Shown here piece after piece: positions 1 to 8,604 of a DNA stretch of 32,000 bases. The notes under the pieces are model-generated. The model was not told the DNA's origin and did no database searches. It was given only the letters and a program-made list of their open reading frames with translations. Every line of letters starts with the position of its first letter. Position 1 is the stretch's first letter. The DNA is taken from contig JBHLRO010000013.1 of NCBI GenBank assembly GCA_048882505.1, forward strand, positions 30,001 to 62,000, read 5' to 3'. The translations under genes were made by a program, and so were the position numbers. Source of the DNA: Candidatus Thorarchaeota archaeon (GTDB taxonomy: Archaea; Asgardarchaeota; Heimdallarchaeia; Hodarchaeales; Hodarchaeaceae).

Positions 1-412
1 GAGGTGCTCTTACGGTCACTATCGTATCATTCCAATAATCAAAGGCAAGCTCCTCTCCGTCTATGAAATAAGAAACGGTGCCATTACGATGGTGTTCTTG
101 GATCCTGTGGATTTCTTGTGGTTCAAAGAATTTCGTTTCCCCACTTAGAACAGTTACCGCTAAATTATCCTCCTCAAATGTTATTGTTACGTCATCTAAA
201 GGGTCGCCAGATGTTGGATCCCAAAAAGTTAGGGACTCAAGTGGACCCAAATCCTCGCGAAGATTTACAGCTGTTGGAGTAACTACCGAATAAAATCCAG
301 GGCTATCTGGCAGAACTTCTGCTGTCGCGATAAAAACTGCTCCCAGAATGGCAAAAAAGGCGGAGAACACCCATATAATTATGAAAAAAACCAGTTTTGT
401 TTTCCTTGACAT
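1..412 (-). CDS. Membrane-anchored or secreted hypothetical protein, truncated at the window edge
   Basis: Not in the ORF track. Manual translation from ATG at 412: MSRKTKLVFFIIIWVFSAFFAILGAVFIATAEVLPDSPGFYSVVTP...AFDYWNDTIVTVRAP, open to position 1. Basic N-terminus followed by a hydrophobic segment of about 22 aa. Confidence 0.75.
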   Translation of the reverse strand, partial: MSRKTKLVFFIIIWVFSAFFAILGAVFIATAEVLPDSPGFYSVVTPTAVNLREDLGPLESLTFWDPTSGDPLDDVTITFEEDNLAVTVLSGETKFFEPQEIHRIQEHHRNGTVSYFIDGEELAFDYWNDTIVTVRAP

Positions 413-455
413 AGGAGTTAATCGATATACCATCTGATTGACCTTCTTCTCATCA

Positions 456-520
456 TTAGCGACAATATTCGCTAAAATAATAGAATAGGTATGATCCAGA
501 ATATTGGATTTTTTAACCTA
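456..520. repeat. Two adjacent inverted repeats sharing an AATATT core (terminator or operator candidates)
   Basis: TTAGCGA-caatat-TCGCTAA at 456-475; ATCCA-gaatat-TGGAT at 494-509 enclosed by TAGGT (486-490) / ACCTA (516-520). Lies between the dinB stop and the next start. Confidence 0.35.
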
Positions 521-561
521 TGCTTAAGATACCAGAAAAGAAATCCCTTACTCTAATGCGG

Positions 562-1680
562 TTAACTAAAGAAGCTCTCTAGCGAGGTTTTTCCAGCACT
601 ACTCTTGAGAGAAGAAACCTTTACTCCAACAAGCCGGACAGGTTTTGCAAATTCCGCGCCTTGTTCGGTAGTGAATTCTTGGAGCAGGTTTAAGGCAGTT
701 TCATAAATTGTTTTCTCGTCCGCAATGTGGGTTCTTAGTGAATGACTCCGCGTGAAGGTTTGAAATCCCTGGAACCTAATTTTGATGGAAATTGTCTTCG
801 ATACCAGCTTCCTGTCTGTTAATCGCTTTGACAGATTTGTTGTTATCTGAGCCACTTTTTCCCTGATAATATCCCATTCATCTTGGTCTGTTCCAAAAGT
901 TCGTTCAGAGCTTATAGATTTGCGTTGTACTCTGGAATTGCCCACCTCTTTGAAATTTTTTCCTTCCACAACTTTTTTCAGGTGCAATCCCCATTCTCCT
1001 ATCAGAAGAAAAACCCTCTCTCGCGATAGTTCCGCTATATCACCGATACTTCTTAATCCTTTATTATGTAGGTGTACCTCGGTCTTTTTTCCTACGCCAA
1101 CGATCTTGCGCACAGGGAGATGATATAGTTTTCGAGGGATTTCGGAATTCGGAATTAAGGTAATTCCGCCTGGTTTATCGAGGTCAGACGCGATTTTAGC
1201 AATGGATTTGGATTCTGCGACACCTAATGAGACTGAAAGGCCAACTTCCTCCTTAATGGTTGTTTGTATTTGTTCGGCGATATCACGAGGGGATTCTCCA
1301 AATTCACGCCAAATCCTGGTTACATCAAGGTAAGCTTCGTCCATACCTGCATATTGAAAAATCGATGAGAATTCACGAACGATGTCCATTACTTTTTGTG
1401 ATTCCGTCACGTATTCCGGGAATGAAATCTGTTCCCGAGAGCAGATATATACTCCATCTGGACATAACTGATATGCTTTTGATATTGGCATTCCAGAGTG
1501 CAGCCCAAACCTTCGTGCTTCATATGAGCAGGTCGAAATGACTCCGCGTCCTGTTCCGCCCCGAGGATCCGACCCTATGATGACAGGACGCCCCATCAAA
1601 AAGGGGTTGTGTTTAATATGCACCGCTGCAAAAAAGCAGTCTAAATCGATGTGAATTATTACATGATGCCAATCTTTCAT
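562..1680 (-). CDS. dinB: DNA polymerase IV (Y-family, DinB/Dpo4)
   Basis: HIDLDCFFAAV, STCSYEARRFGLHSGMP, AGMDEAYLD, SIAKIASDLDKPGG, HhH GVGKKT, little finger KSISSERTF ... VRLVGVKVS; C-terminal PIP-like KTSLESFF. Confidence 0.97.
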   Translation of the reverse strand: MKDWHHVIIHIDLDCFFAAVHIKHNPFLMGRPVIIGSDPRGGTGRGVISTCSYEARRFGLHSGMPISKAYQLCPDGVYICSREQISFPEYVTESQKVMDIVREFSSIFQYAGMDEAYLDVTRIWREFGESPRDIAEQIQTTIKEEVGLSVSLGVAESKSIAKIASDLDKPGGITLIPNSEIPRKLYHLPVRKIVGVGKKTEVHLHNKGLRSIGDIAELSRERVFLLIGEWGLHLKKVVEGKNFKEVGNSRVQRKSISSERTFGTDQDEWDIIREKVAQITTNLSKRLTDRKLVSKTISIKIRFQGFQTFTRSHSLRTHIADEKTIYETALNLLQEFTTEQGAEFAKPVRLVGVKVSSLKSSAGKTSLESFFS

Positions 1681-1770
1681 GTAACTTCAAAAATCATGTA
1701 ACTCCAGGTAAATAAAAAGTCTTGGTTTACCTAATTCCAAACTTAACTACTCCTGGAGCGGTGAGTTACA
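1677..1770. promoter_or_regulatory. Candidate operator repeats over the dinB start
   Basis: TCATGTAACT(T/C)CA direct repeat at 1677-1689 and 1694-1706; inverted partial copy GAGTTACA at 1763-1770. Confidence 0.25.
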
Positions 1771-1843
1771 AATCTCTCAAACTAATTAAACCGAGAGGGA
1801 AATTTCTGTGTATGAGAATCTCAATCCTAAACAGATAAGGCAA

Positions 1844-2578
1844 TTAAGATTCCTTGGGAGCTTGAAAGGGAACTAAATCCAAAACATTAAGCTCAAATCT
1901 CTCTATCGGATCAAAATGGCACCGTACTGGGTACACCCTTACTCCAGCACGAATAGCGCTAAGTAATGCAGTAGAGAATCTTGGATCCATTGAATTGTTG
2001 GGTTGAAATGCTGTGGCGTCACTGCGTTTAATAAAAAAGACCACTGCCGCTTCGTAACCATCTTCAATTGCCCTCTCCAGTTCGTGGATATGCCTGGTAC
2101 CTCGTACAGTGGGGGCATCAGGGAATAGAGCCAGATTGTCCTCGACCAAAGTGACGCCCTTAATCTCAATCAAAGTTTTTTTTCCATTCGGATTCTCCAT
2201 TAGAAAATCAAAACGACTCCTGTGATATGTGAATTCAGAGCGAATTATCTTATAGCCCTCTAAACCAGGAATTGCTCTAAAATCTACCCGAAACAATCTA
2301 TTAGGAATCTGAGAATCTACATTTACCCAGACATCATGATAAAGTACTCCAATTAAAGAATATCTAGTTTTACGGTGAGGATTATTACTTTCTCTTAGGA
2401 TTACCTTTGCGTTTGGCAATAATAACTCCCTTAATCGTCCTGGGTCGGGTAGATGCGTCTCTGCTATTGATTTTTCGCGACTTCCCTCAATATTTCCGTC
2501 ATCCAATCTAACCCGTGCCAAAAATCGATTTGGTCGTTCAATGAATCTTGCATGAAAATATGAACCGCTCAATCTCAT
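1844..2578 (-). CDS. sfsA: SfsA-family nuclease (N-terminal OB domain + PD-(D/E)XK domain)
   Basis: RFIERPNRF, HLPDPGRLRELL, SRFDFL, IEIKGVTLV, FPDAPTVRGTRHIHEL, GVRV..VRC. Confidence 0.95.
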   Translation of the reverse strand: MRLSGSYFHARFIERPNRFLARVRLDDGNIEGSREKSIAETHLPDPGRLRELLLPNAKVILRESNNPHRKTRYSLIGVLYHDVWVNVDSQIPNRLFRVDFRAIPGLEGYKIIRSEFTYHRSRFDFLMENPNGKKTLIEIKGVTLVEDNLALFPDAPTVRGTRHIHELERAIEDGYEAAVVFFIKRSDATAFQPNNSMDPRFSTALLSAIRAGVRVYPVRCHFDPIERFELNVLDLVPFQAPKES

Positions 2579-2826
2579 AATTAACCCAATGTTTCGATTT
2601 AACCTACTATCAAGTAAAACAAGGTGCTAATTCAAATTTTGGTCTAATTGGGACTTGATGAGATAAAAACGGAAAATAAGATAAAAATATAAGAGATGCC
2701 AACCAACTATGTACAATCAAGCAGGAAACTCAGGATATACCATCAAAGCACATACGTGATGCAACTTAGGTATTCGCAGAGATAATTTCCAGTATAAACT
2801 AGAAAAAAAGTATGGAGGCGCTCTAG

Positions 2827-3432
2827 TTGGGTAAAAAAAGAAATGGCGACCCGAAATCACTTGATCCTGAGGTTCTTGGCGAATATAAATCCTTCTTAAG
2901 GCAGATCGGGGCCCTAGATCAAGATGGGGCGTACGATCAAGCGATAACTTTGGTAATAAAAAAGCTAAAGGAAGCAGAGAGACTAGATTTTGTCCAGCCA
3001 GAGGTGGATCTGAGAAATCACTTAGGAATTCTTCATTGGAAAAACAATGCTTTTGAAACGTTTCTGGAAGAAACTGCATCTGCCTTGGCTCTTGCCCGTG
3101 TACATAACTATAAACGAGGAGTAGCAGAAGCCCTTCTAAATCTGGCATGGGTTCTTGCTATGGAAAGAAAGGATTTTATGAAAGCTTTTGATTTCACGGA
3201 AGAAGCTTTAGGAATAACTGAAGAGATAGGTTATGTAAAAGGAATGGCTACAAGCATGTACATCATTGCTACGGCCTATAGATATAAAAAGATGCAAAAA
3301 AAAGCTGATTATTATCTCGAAAAATCGCTTCAGCTGTCTATGAGTCTTGCTGAAGAAACTGACCTTCTTATGCCCACCCAGCTTTCAGAGGAAGAGAAAG
3401 ATCAGCTCAAAGGAGCTCTTGATTTACTCTGA
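2827..3432 (+). CDS. TPR-repeat protein
   Basis: Helical repeats with TPR consensus: LRNHLGILHWKNNAFE, AEALLNLAWVLA..KDFMKAFDFTEEAL, ATSMYIIATAYRY..KKADYYLEKSL. TTG start is uncertain. Confidence 0.8.
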   Translation: MGKKRNGDPKSLDPEVLGEYKSFLRQIGALDQDGAYDQAITLVIKKLKEAERLDFVQPEVDLRNHLGILHWKNNAFETFLEETASALALARVHNYKRGVAEALLNLAWVLAMERKDFMKAFDFTEEALGITEEIGYVKGMATSMYIIATAYRYKKMQKKADYYLEKSLQLSMSLAEETDLLMPTQLSEEEKDQLKGALDLL

Positions 3433-3563
3433 ATGAACTGCGACCCTTTGGAACTTTTTTGAAATATCTCCTGCCTTGGCAGGACTAGAGCACGGGAATT
3501 TTTATTTCTGAACCAAATCTATATATGGTCGAGCCGCATATACGCGTTAAAATGTGACAATAA

Positions 3564-4676
3564 ATGAAAGGAGAATCTCTCTCTTTATCTATAAACGAGA
3601 AACGAGTTCTAATTGGAATTTGTAGCTTTCCTTATTCATCTGATAGTGAAATTGCAGAAGTTGTGAACACAAAACGAAGCACTTTCGGAAATATAAAAAA
3701 GCGATTGTTTGATGACTTTCAAGCCGTTCAGCCCCTTAACGTTCCGAACTTTCAGGCCCTGGGTGCAGAGCTTTTTATGTTTGGGTTAACTTTGATGAAT
3801 CCGAATAGGATTGAAAGTTTGGACAGACAGGAGATCCTAGGTAGACTTAATGCATTTCCAAATATCATTTACTCTGCCTCGGATTTGAACGTTGGTTTCG
3901 CGTATGTAGTCAGTAAATCATTTACCGATTTATCTATTGCTCACAATTCAATTGCTAGTTTTTATATCGAGGAGAATTTGACTTATCCAGAAGATGTTTA
4001 TCGTTCGATCATTCCCTTGGAAAAACCCTACGGAATTATTCGGTTTTTAGAGTTCGGAAGGATTCTACAGAAGATATGGGATGTCTCTATCCATTCCCCC
4101 ACCAACTTACCGCCGCTTTCGTCCCCTCTACAGGAAAGTTCACTCCAGATTTCTCCCCTAGGATGGGAAATTCTCAGAAATCTAGTAAAATATTCCAATT
4201 TCTCGATTATTGAACATGCTCAGGCGTTGAATCGATCCAGGAACACTATATCCCGTTGGATAAGAAAATTTACTGGTATTCACCTGTATCATCCTCGATT
4301 CATCCCGAATCTCCGCCTTTTGGGATTCAATCTGCGTGTAATCGGTTCATTTTCCTTGGAAGGACTAAAACAAACCCAACAGCTAGAATTCTTGGAACTA
4401 GTAGACACTTTCTTATTGCCCGACTCCCTTTTTCTAAGTTTCAGAGAAATCGTGTTTTCTGCAGTTTACCCTGACTACACCACCTTTCGTTCGCGCGAGA
4501 ATCAGCTTTTGACAGCGTTAGGCAAAAGGAATCTCCCTTTGATTGTGAAATTCAAAACTGAAATGACGCTAGATCGGCTTATCGTAGCAAAGAACTTTTC
4601 ATTTTCATCACTAATTGACTATCTTAAGACACCAAAGGAACGAATTTTGGCCTCTTTTGGCGAAACTAAAAGCTAA
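3564..4676 (+). CDS. Transcriptional regulator with duplicated Lrp/AsnC-like (wHTH + effector domain) units, paralog 1
   Basis: HTH1 NEKRVLIGICSFPYSSDSEIAEVVNTKRSTFGNIKKRL then PNFQALG; HTH2 LGWEILRNLVKYSNFSIIEHAQALNRSRNTISRWIRKF then PNLRLLG. Confidence 0.75.
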   Translation: MKGESLSLSINEKRVLIGICSFPYSSDSEIAEVVNTKRSTFGNIKKRLFDDFQAVQPLNVPNFQALGAELFMFGLTLMNPNRIESLDRQEILGRLNAFPNIIYSASDLNVGFAYVVSKSFTDLSIAHNSIASFYIEENLTYPEDVYRSIIPLEKPYGIIRFLEFGRILQKIWDVSIHSPTNLPPLSSPLQESSLQISPLGWEILRNLVKYSNFSIIEHAQALNRSRNTISRWIRKFTGIHLYHPRFIPNLRLLGFNLRVIGSFSLEGLKQTQQLEFLELVDTFLLPDSLFLSFREIVFSAVYPDYTTFRSRENQLLTALGKRNLPLIVKFKTEMTLDRLIVAKNFSFSSLIDYLKTPKERILASFGETKS

Positions 4677-4812
4677 GAATGAAATAGGAACCGTTTAATC
4701 TGTTGAACCTACCTGAAGAAGGCAATCAGTTGTACTTAGATATACCAACTAAGGCAAACCAACCTTGAGGTCCCTCTTCAGCTAATAAATCGGTGATAAT
4801 GAGTGCTGATAG

Positions 4813-5889
4813 ATGAAAGGAGTAAATATGGACCTTTCTCTTAATGAACGTCGTGTATTGACGGGCCTATGTCAATTTCCGACATTTTCAGATAGCAAAA
4901 TAGCCAATAGAATCGGAATTAACCATTCTACTTTCGCAACGGTAAAAAACCGTTTACAACAAAACGAATTATTCAGTAGGTATCGTTTGCCAAATTTATC
5001 GGCGCTTGGTGTCGAAATATTATCCGTCTTAATAAAGAACTTACGGAAAAATCCATCAGTTACACCTCATAATCTCGCGAGAATAAATTCATCCATAAGT
5101 TCACCAAATATACTCTTTTCCTTCACTGAAACAAATTTCTCATTATTAACTGTCGCACACAAAAATTTTACAGAACTAGGAGAGTTTTTATCTAAGTACG
5201 ACCGATTAACTTCTGCGGGTCAGCATATTGGCAATGAATCCAAACTGGAAATCCATTTTCCTCTTTTTTTTTCATTTATACCACGATTTCTTGATTTTTC
5301 TCGTTCTCTTCCTGTGCATCTTGGCGTGACGCCGTCCTCAGCTCCACCGAGAACCATATTCTCCAAGGTAGACTATTCAGAAGTTAAAATTACAAAACTT
5401 GGTTGGCGAATCTTCTTAGCATTCCTAGAATTTCCAGAATATACTTTAAAACAGATTACTCAGGTCGTAAATAAACCTCGAACAACCGTTTCTCGCTGGC
5501 TCCGATTATTAACTCAAACAAAGCTCATTTCCCCTATAATCATTCCCAATTTGCAAAAAATCCGTTACCAGTTATTTTTGATTAGCAATATTGCTGTAAG
5601 ATCTTCAAACAAGAAGATTTTTTCTCAAGTGTTAAGCGTTTGCGATGAGTCGATCCGTCCCATAGTTCTTATGCAGACGGATCACGATATTTTCTACTTG
5701 TCTCCCTTCTCTTCATTGGAAGAGGCTCAAAAGGCTGAATTCGAATTTATTCAAAAAATGAATGACGCCCGGATTGGATTTCGACGTGTATTTCGGAGTC
5801 TTGTTTCGATTCCCCATTCTACCTTCGCGCTTCAACTAGATTCCGGATTCCTAGAATTTACCCAGAGTTTAGGGAAATCCACACTGTAG
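4813..5889 (+). CDS. Transcriptional regulator with duplicated Lrp/AsnC-like units, paralog 2
   Basis: HTH1 NERRVLTGLCQFPTFSDSKIANRIGINHSTFATVKNRL then PNLSALG; HTH2 LGWRIFLAFLEFPEYTLKQITQVVNKPRTTVSRWLRLL then PNLQKIR. Visibly alignable with 3564-4676. Confidence 0.75.
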   Translation: MKGVNMDLSLNERRVLTGLCQFPTFSDSKIANRIGINHSTFATVKNRLQQNELFSRYRLPNLSALGVEILSVLIKNLRKNPSVTPHNLARINSSISSPNILFSFTETNFSLLTVAHKNFTELGEFLSKYDRLTSAGQHIGNESKLEIHFPLFFSFIPRFLDFSRSLPVHLGVTPSSAPPRTIFSKVDYSEVKITKLGWRIFLAFLEFPEYTLKQITQVVNKPRTTVSRWLRLLTQTKLISPIIIPNLQKIRYQLFLISNIAVRSSNKKIFSQVLSVCDESIRPIVLMQTDHDIFYLSPFSSLEEAQKAEFEFIQKMNDARIGFRRVFRSLVSIPHSTFALQLDSGFLEFTQSLGKSTL

Positions 5890-6058
5890 TTCAAGCCGAT
5901 TTGATTTCATCTTTTATATGAATGTTAAAAAAGGAGGGGGTTTCAGTTCTGAATAGTTAATAAACCTCGATTTTGATGAACATTAAACGTCTTTTTCCCA
6001 TGGAATTAGAAGTTTTAGCTGGTTCAGACACCTTCAAAGCAAAGGTAGAATTGATAAA

Positions 6059-6454
6059 ATGGCAAGAATCCTCCTCGTCGATGATGAACGAGACCTAATT
6101 CTAATTTATACAAAATTATTGCTTATGGAGGGCCATGATGTCATTGGATCCGCCGCAAACGGCAAGGAGGCTGTTGAAAAATTCGCCCAATTACCGATCA
6201 AACCTGATATCATTGTAATGGACTATAGAATGCCAGTCCAGGATGGTCTGGTCGCCATGAAAGAAATTTTGAAGAAAAATCCGGAGGCAAAGGTACTTTT
6301 TGTAAGCGCAGAAAAGCGGGTAGAGAAGGAAGCGCTCGAGGCGGGAGCGATTGGATTTTTCACTAAACCCACAAGCATCCGTACCCTTCTTGATGAAATT
6401 GACCGAATTCAAGAATTACAGATCGAAAAGCTACAGCAGGCACGAACGTGTTAG
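6059..6454 (+). CDS. Single-domain response regulator (CheY-like receiver)
   Basis: ILLVDDE, phosphoacceptor in IVMDYRMP, FVSA, FTKP; no output domain. Confidence 0.93.
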   Translation: MARILLVDDERDLILIYTKLLLMEGHDVIGSAANGKEAVEKFAQLPIKPDIIVMDYRMPVQDGLVAMKEILKKNPEAKVLFVSAEKRVEKEALEAGAIGFFTKPTSIRTLLDEIDRIQELQIEKLQQARTC

Positions 6455-7536
6455 GGCTGAAAGTACGAAGCTAGGCTTTTAGTAGACTTTGTCCGTTTTT
6501 TTATTTGATACCTCTTATGTTCTTCTTGGAGATGTGTTTCCCACGACTTTGTTATTTTTTCCGGGAATTTTTTGCGGAGCACCTGAATCACTTCGCCTAA
6601 ACCAGGTTTTGCTGAGGGATCCTTCCCGAGGATTTCGTATACGATTTCTAGGATCTGGTAAAAATCGAATGTTCCAAACGTCTTATACTGACTCTGAATG
6701 CGTGGAGGTTTCCAGTCATCCAGGATTCTGGATTGTATTAGCTTTTTATAGCTCGAATTGATCTCATATCCTATCCCTCGTCTTCCAGTAAGACGACAGA
6801 CCTTTAAAGTTGTTCCAGACCCTAAAAAGGGATCAAGAACAGTTTCTCCTCGCACAGAATGCATCCTGATTAGCCGATATGGGACATCCTCCGGAAATGG
6901 TGCTGAATGACCGAATTTATTTTCGCCACGATGGTTGATCTTAAATACAGGGGAAATATCATCCCATATACAGCGAACGGCCCAGTGACGCCACTCTTCT
7001 TTCGTCAAAAGGCTTTTTTGCATTGCTGCTTTGTCAACTTTCCGGGTTTTTCCTGGTTTAACCCATACGAAGATCTGTTCAAATCCCGTGTTGGATGCAA
7101 TATTCGTGGGTCTAGGATAAGACCCCCAAGAAACGTTAGACACATATTCCGCCTTATCCCAATAATGCATACCTGAGAGGAAAACCCCTTGTGCCTGCAA
7201 ATATTTCTGTATGTCAAACATAATATTCTTGATGATTCGACGCCCAAATCCCGATGTGTGCCGATCAATGGGAAGGGGTTGTATATTAATCGCAATTTTT
7301 CCATTAGGTTGAAGGACACGTATACATTCGGCCCAAACACGGTTTAAAGAACTAATATAATCGTTATATGCTTGACCGAATCCAATCTGATCGCTTCCAT
7401 AATCTCGTACAGACCAATAAGGTGGAGAAGTCACAACCAAAGTTACCGACTCGTCGGGAACCTCTTCCATCTTTTCTGCAGACTTAAAGAAGATCGTTTG
7501 GCTCTCAATGACAAGTTTTTCCCCTAGAGTTATCAT
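6451..7536 (-). CDS. Orphan beta-class amino DNA methyltransferase (probably N4-cytosine) with a C-terminal extension
   Basis: Motif IV VTSPPY near the N-terminus, HSAPFP, motif I VLDPFLGSGTT, IGYEIN. This order defines the beta class; SPPY is typical of m4C enzymes. About 100 extra C-terminal aa end in TKSLASYFQP. Confidence 0.92.
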   Translation of the reverse strand: MITLGEKLVIESQTIFFKSAEKMEEVPDESVTLVVTSPPYWSVRDYGSDQIGFGQAYNDYISSLNRVWAECIRVLQPNGKIAINIQPLPIDRHTSGFGRRIIKNIMFDIQKYLQAQGVFLSGMHYWDKAEYVSNVSWGSYPRPTNIASNTGFEQIFVWVKPGKTRKVDKAAMQKSLLTKEEWRHWAVRCIWDDISPVFKINHRGENKFGHSAPFPEDVPYRLIRMHSVRGETVLDPFLGSGTTLKVCRLTGRRGIGYEINSSYKKLIQSRILDDWKPPRIQSQYKTFGTFDFYQILEIVYEILGKDPSAKPGLGEVIQVLRKKFPEKITKSWETHLQEEHKRYQIKKRTKSTKSLASYFQP

Positions 7537-7602
7537 TCCATGAGGACTCCTGTTCTTGGAAATATAAAAGATAATAGAGAGTTTGTTTTGATTCTAGATG
7601 TT

Positions 7603-8484
7603 TCAACTTAAAAAAGCCCTGAGACGCTTTAAAAGAGATATATTGACTTCATCTCCCTTATCACAGTCTTTTGGGGTCTCAAGAATCATTGGAAGCTCTT
7701 TGAATCTCCTATTTTGCATTAGTTCACGGAAGCACTCAATTCCTATTTCTCCCTGTCCAATATGTTCATGATAATCAATACCAGAACCAAGAGATCCCTT
7801 GGAATCGTTGAGATGAACTAGCTTCACCTTGTTTTTACCGATCTGTGATTCGATTATATCGAATACTTCATGCAATCCTTCTGGCACGGAAATATCATAC
7901 CCTGCCGAGAAGGCATGAGCAGTATCGAAACAAACTCCGACTTTTTCTGATCTTGTAACCAATTTCAAAATTTTTTCAATATCTTCCGTCCTTTTGCCCC
8001 AAGATTTCTGTTTTGATGTTGAATTTTCCAACAAGATCATTTGTTTTTCATCTAAATTTTCCACAACGTGGTTTAAAGCATTAGCTACCCGTTTTGCGGC
8101 AAATCCACTGTCACGGTCCTTTGGGCTACCCATATGAGATACCAAATAGAGACCATTCAAAGATTTAAGCGTCTGGACTTCTTCTTCTAGGACCTTCAAA
8201 GACCGAGCGTAAATCCCATCATCAGGAGAAGCTAGATTAGGTAGATACGGCATATGAACTGCCAAGTCATAATATCCAGCTTGTGCAGCCTTCTCAATGA
8301 ATAATGAAACCGAACCAGGATTAAGTGTGTTTTTCCCCGCAGCCCACCTTCGTGGAGGCCGTGTAAAGATTTGCAGGCATTCACAGGAACTTTTAATCCC
8401 CCTGTCAACGGCCAGATCAATGGACTCGGCGATTGATTTGTGGGCGCCTATCCGCGGTAGTTCGAGCTTTTTGTTGGATTTCAC
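7603..8484 (-). CDS. nfo: Endonuclease IV (AP endonuclease)
   Basis: IGAHKSI, LQIFTRPPRRW, AVHMPYLPNLASPD, SHMGS, ILLENS, VCFDTAHAFSAGYDI, HLNDSK..GSGIDYHEHIGQG, ILETPK (Zn ligands present). Confidence 0.96.
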   Translation of the reverse strand: MKSNKKLELPRIGAHKSIAESIDLAVDRGIKSSCECLQIFTRPPRRWAAGKNTLNPGSVSLFIEKAAQAGYYDLAVHMPYLPNLASPDDGIYARSLKVLEEEVQTLKSLNGLYLVSHMGSPKDRDSGFAAKRVANALNHVVENLDEKQMILLENSTSKQKSWGKRTEDIEKILKLVTRSEKVGVCFDTAHAFSAGYDISVPEGLHEVFDIIESQIGKNKVKLVHLNDSKGSLGSGIDYHEHIGQGEIGIECFRELMQNRRFKELPMILETPKDCDKGDEVNISLLKRLRAFLS

Positions 8485-8604
8485 GGATCAATAATCCTGT
8501 AATATTTTTGTTTCTTATCAGATAGATATTTGAAGGTATGGAAAAGTTTCACACAAAGAATTGCTCTATGAAGGTCATTTATCGTTCCTTCAAATCTAGA
8601 GGTA

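Noticed and set aside
6451-8484. Possible restriction-modification system
   Set aside because: Neighbours are a receiver domain and endonuclease IV; no restriction endonuclease is linked. SfsA is 4 kb away and belongs to a housekeeping family.
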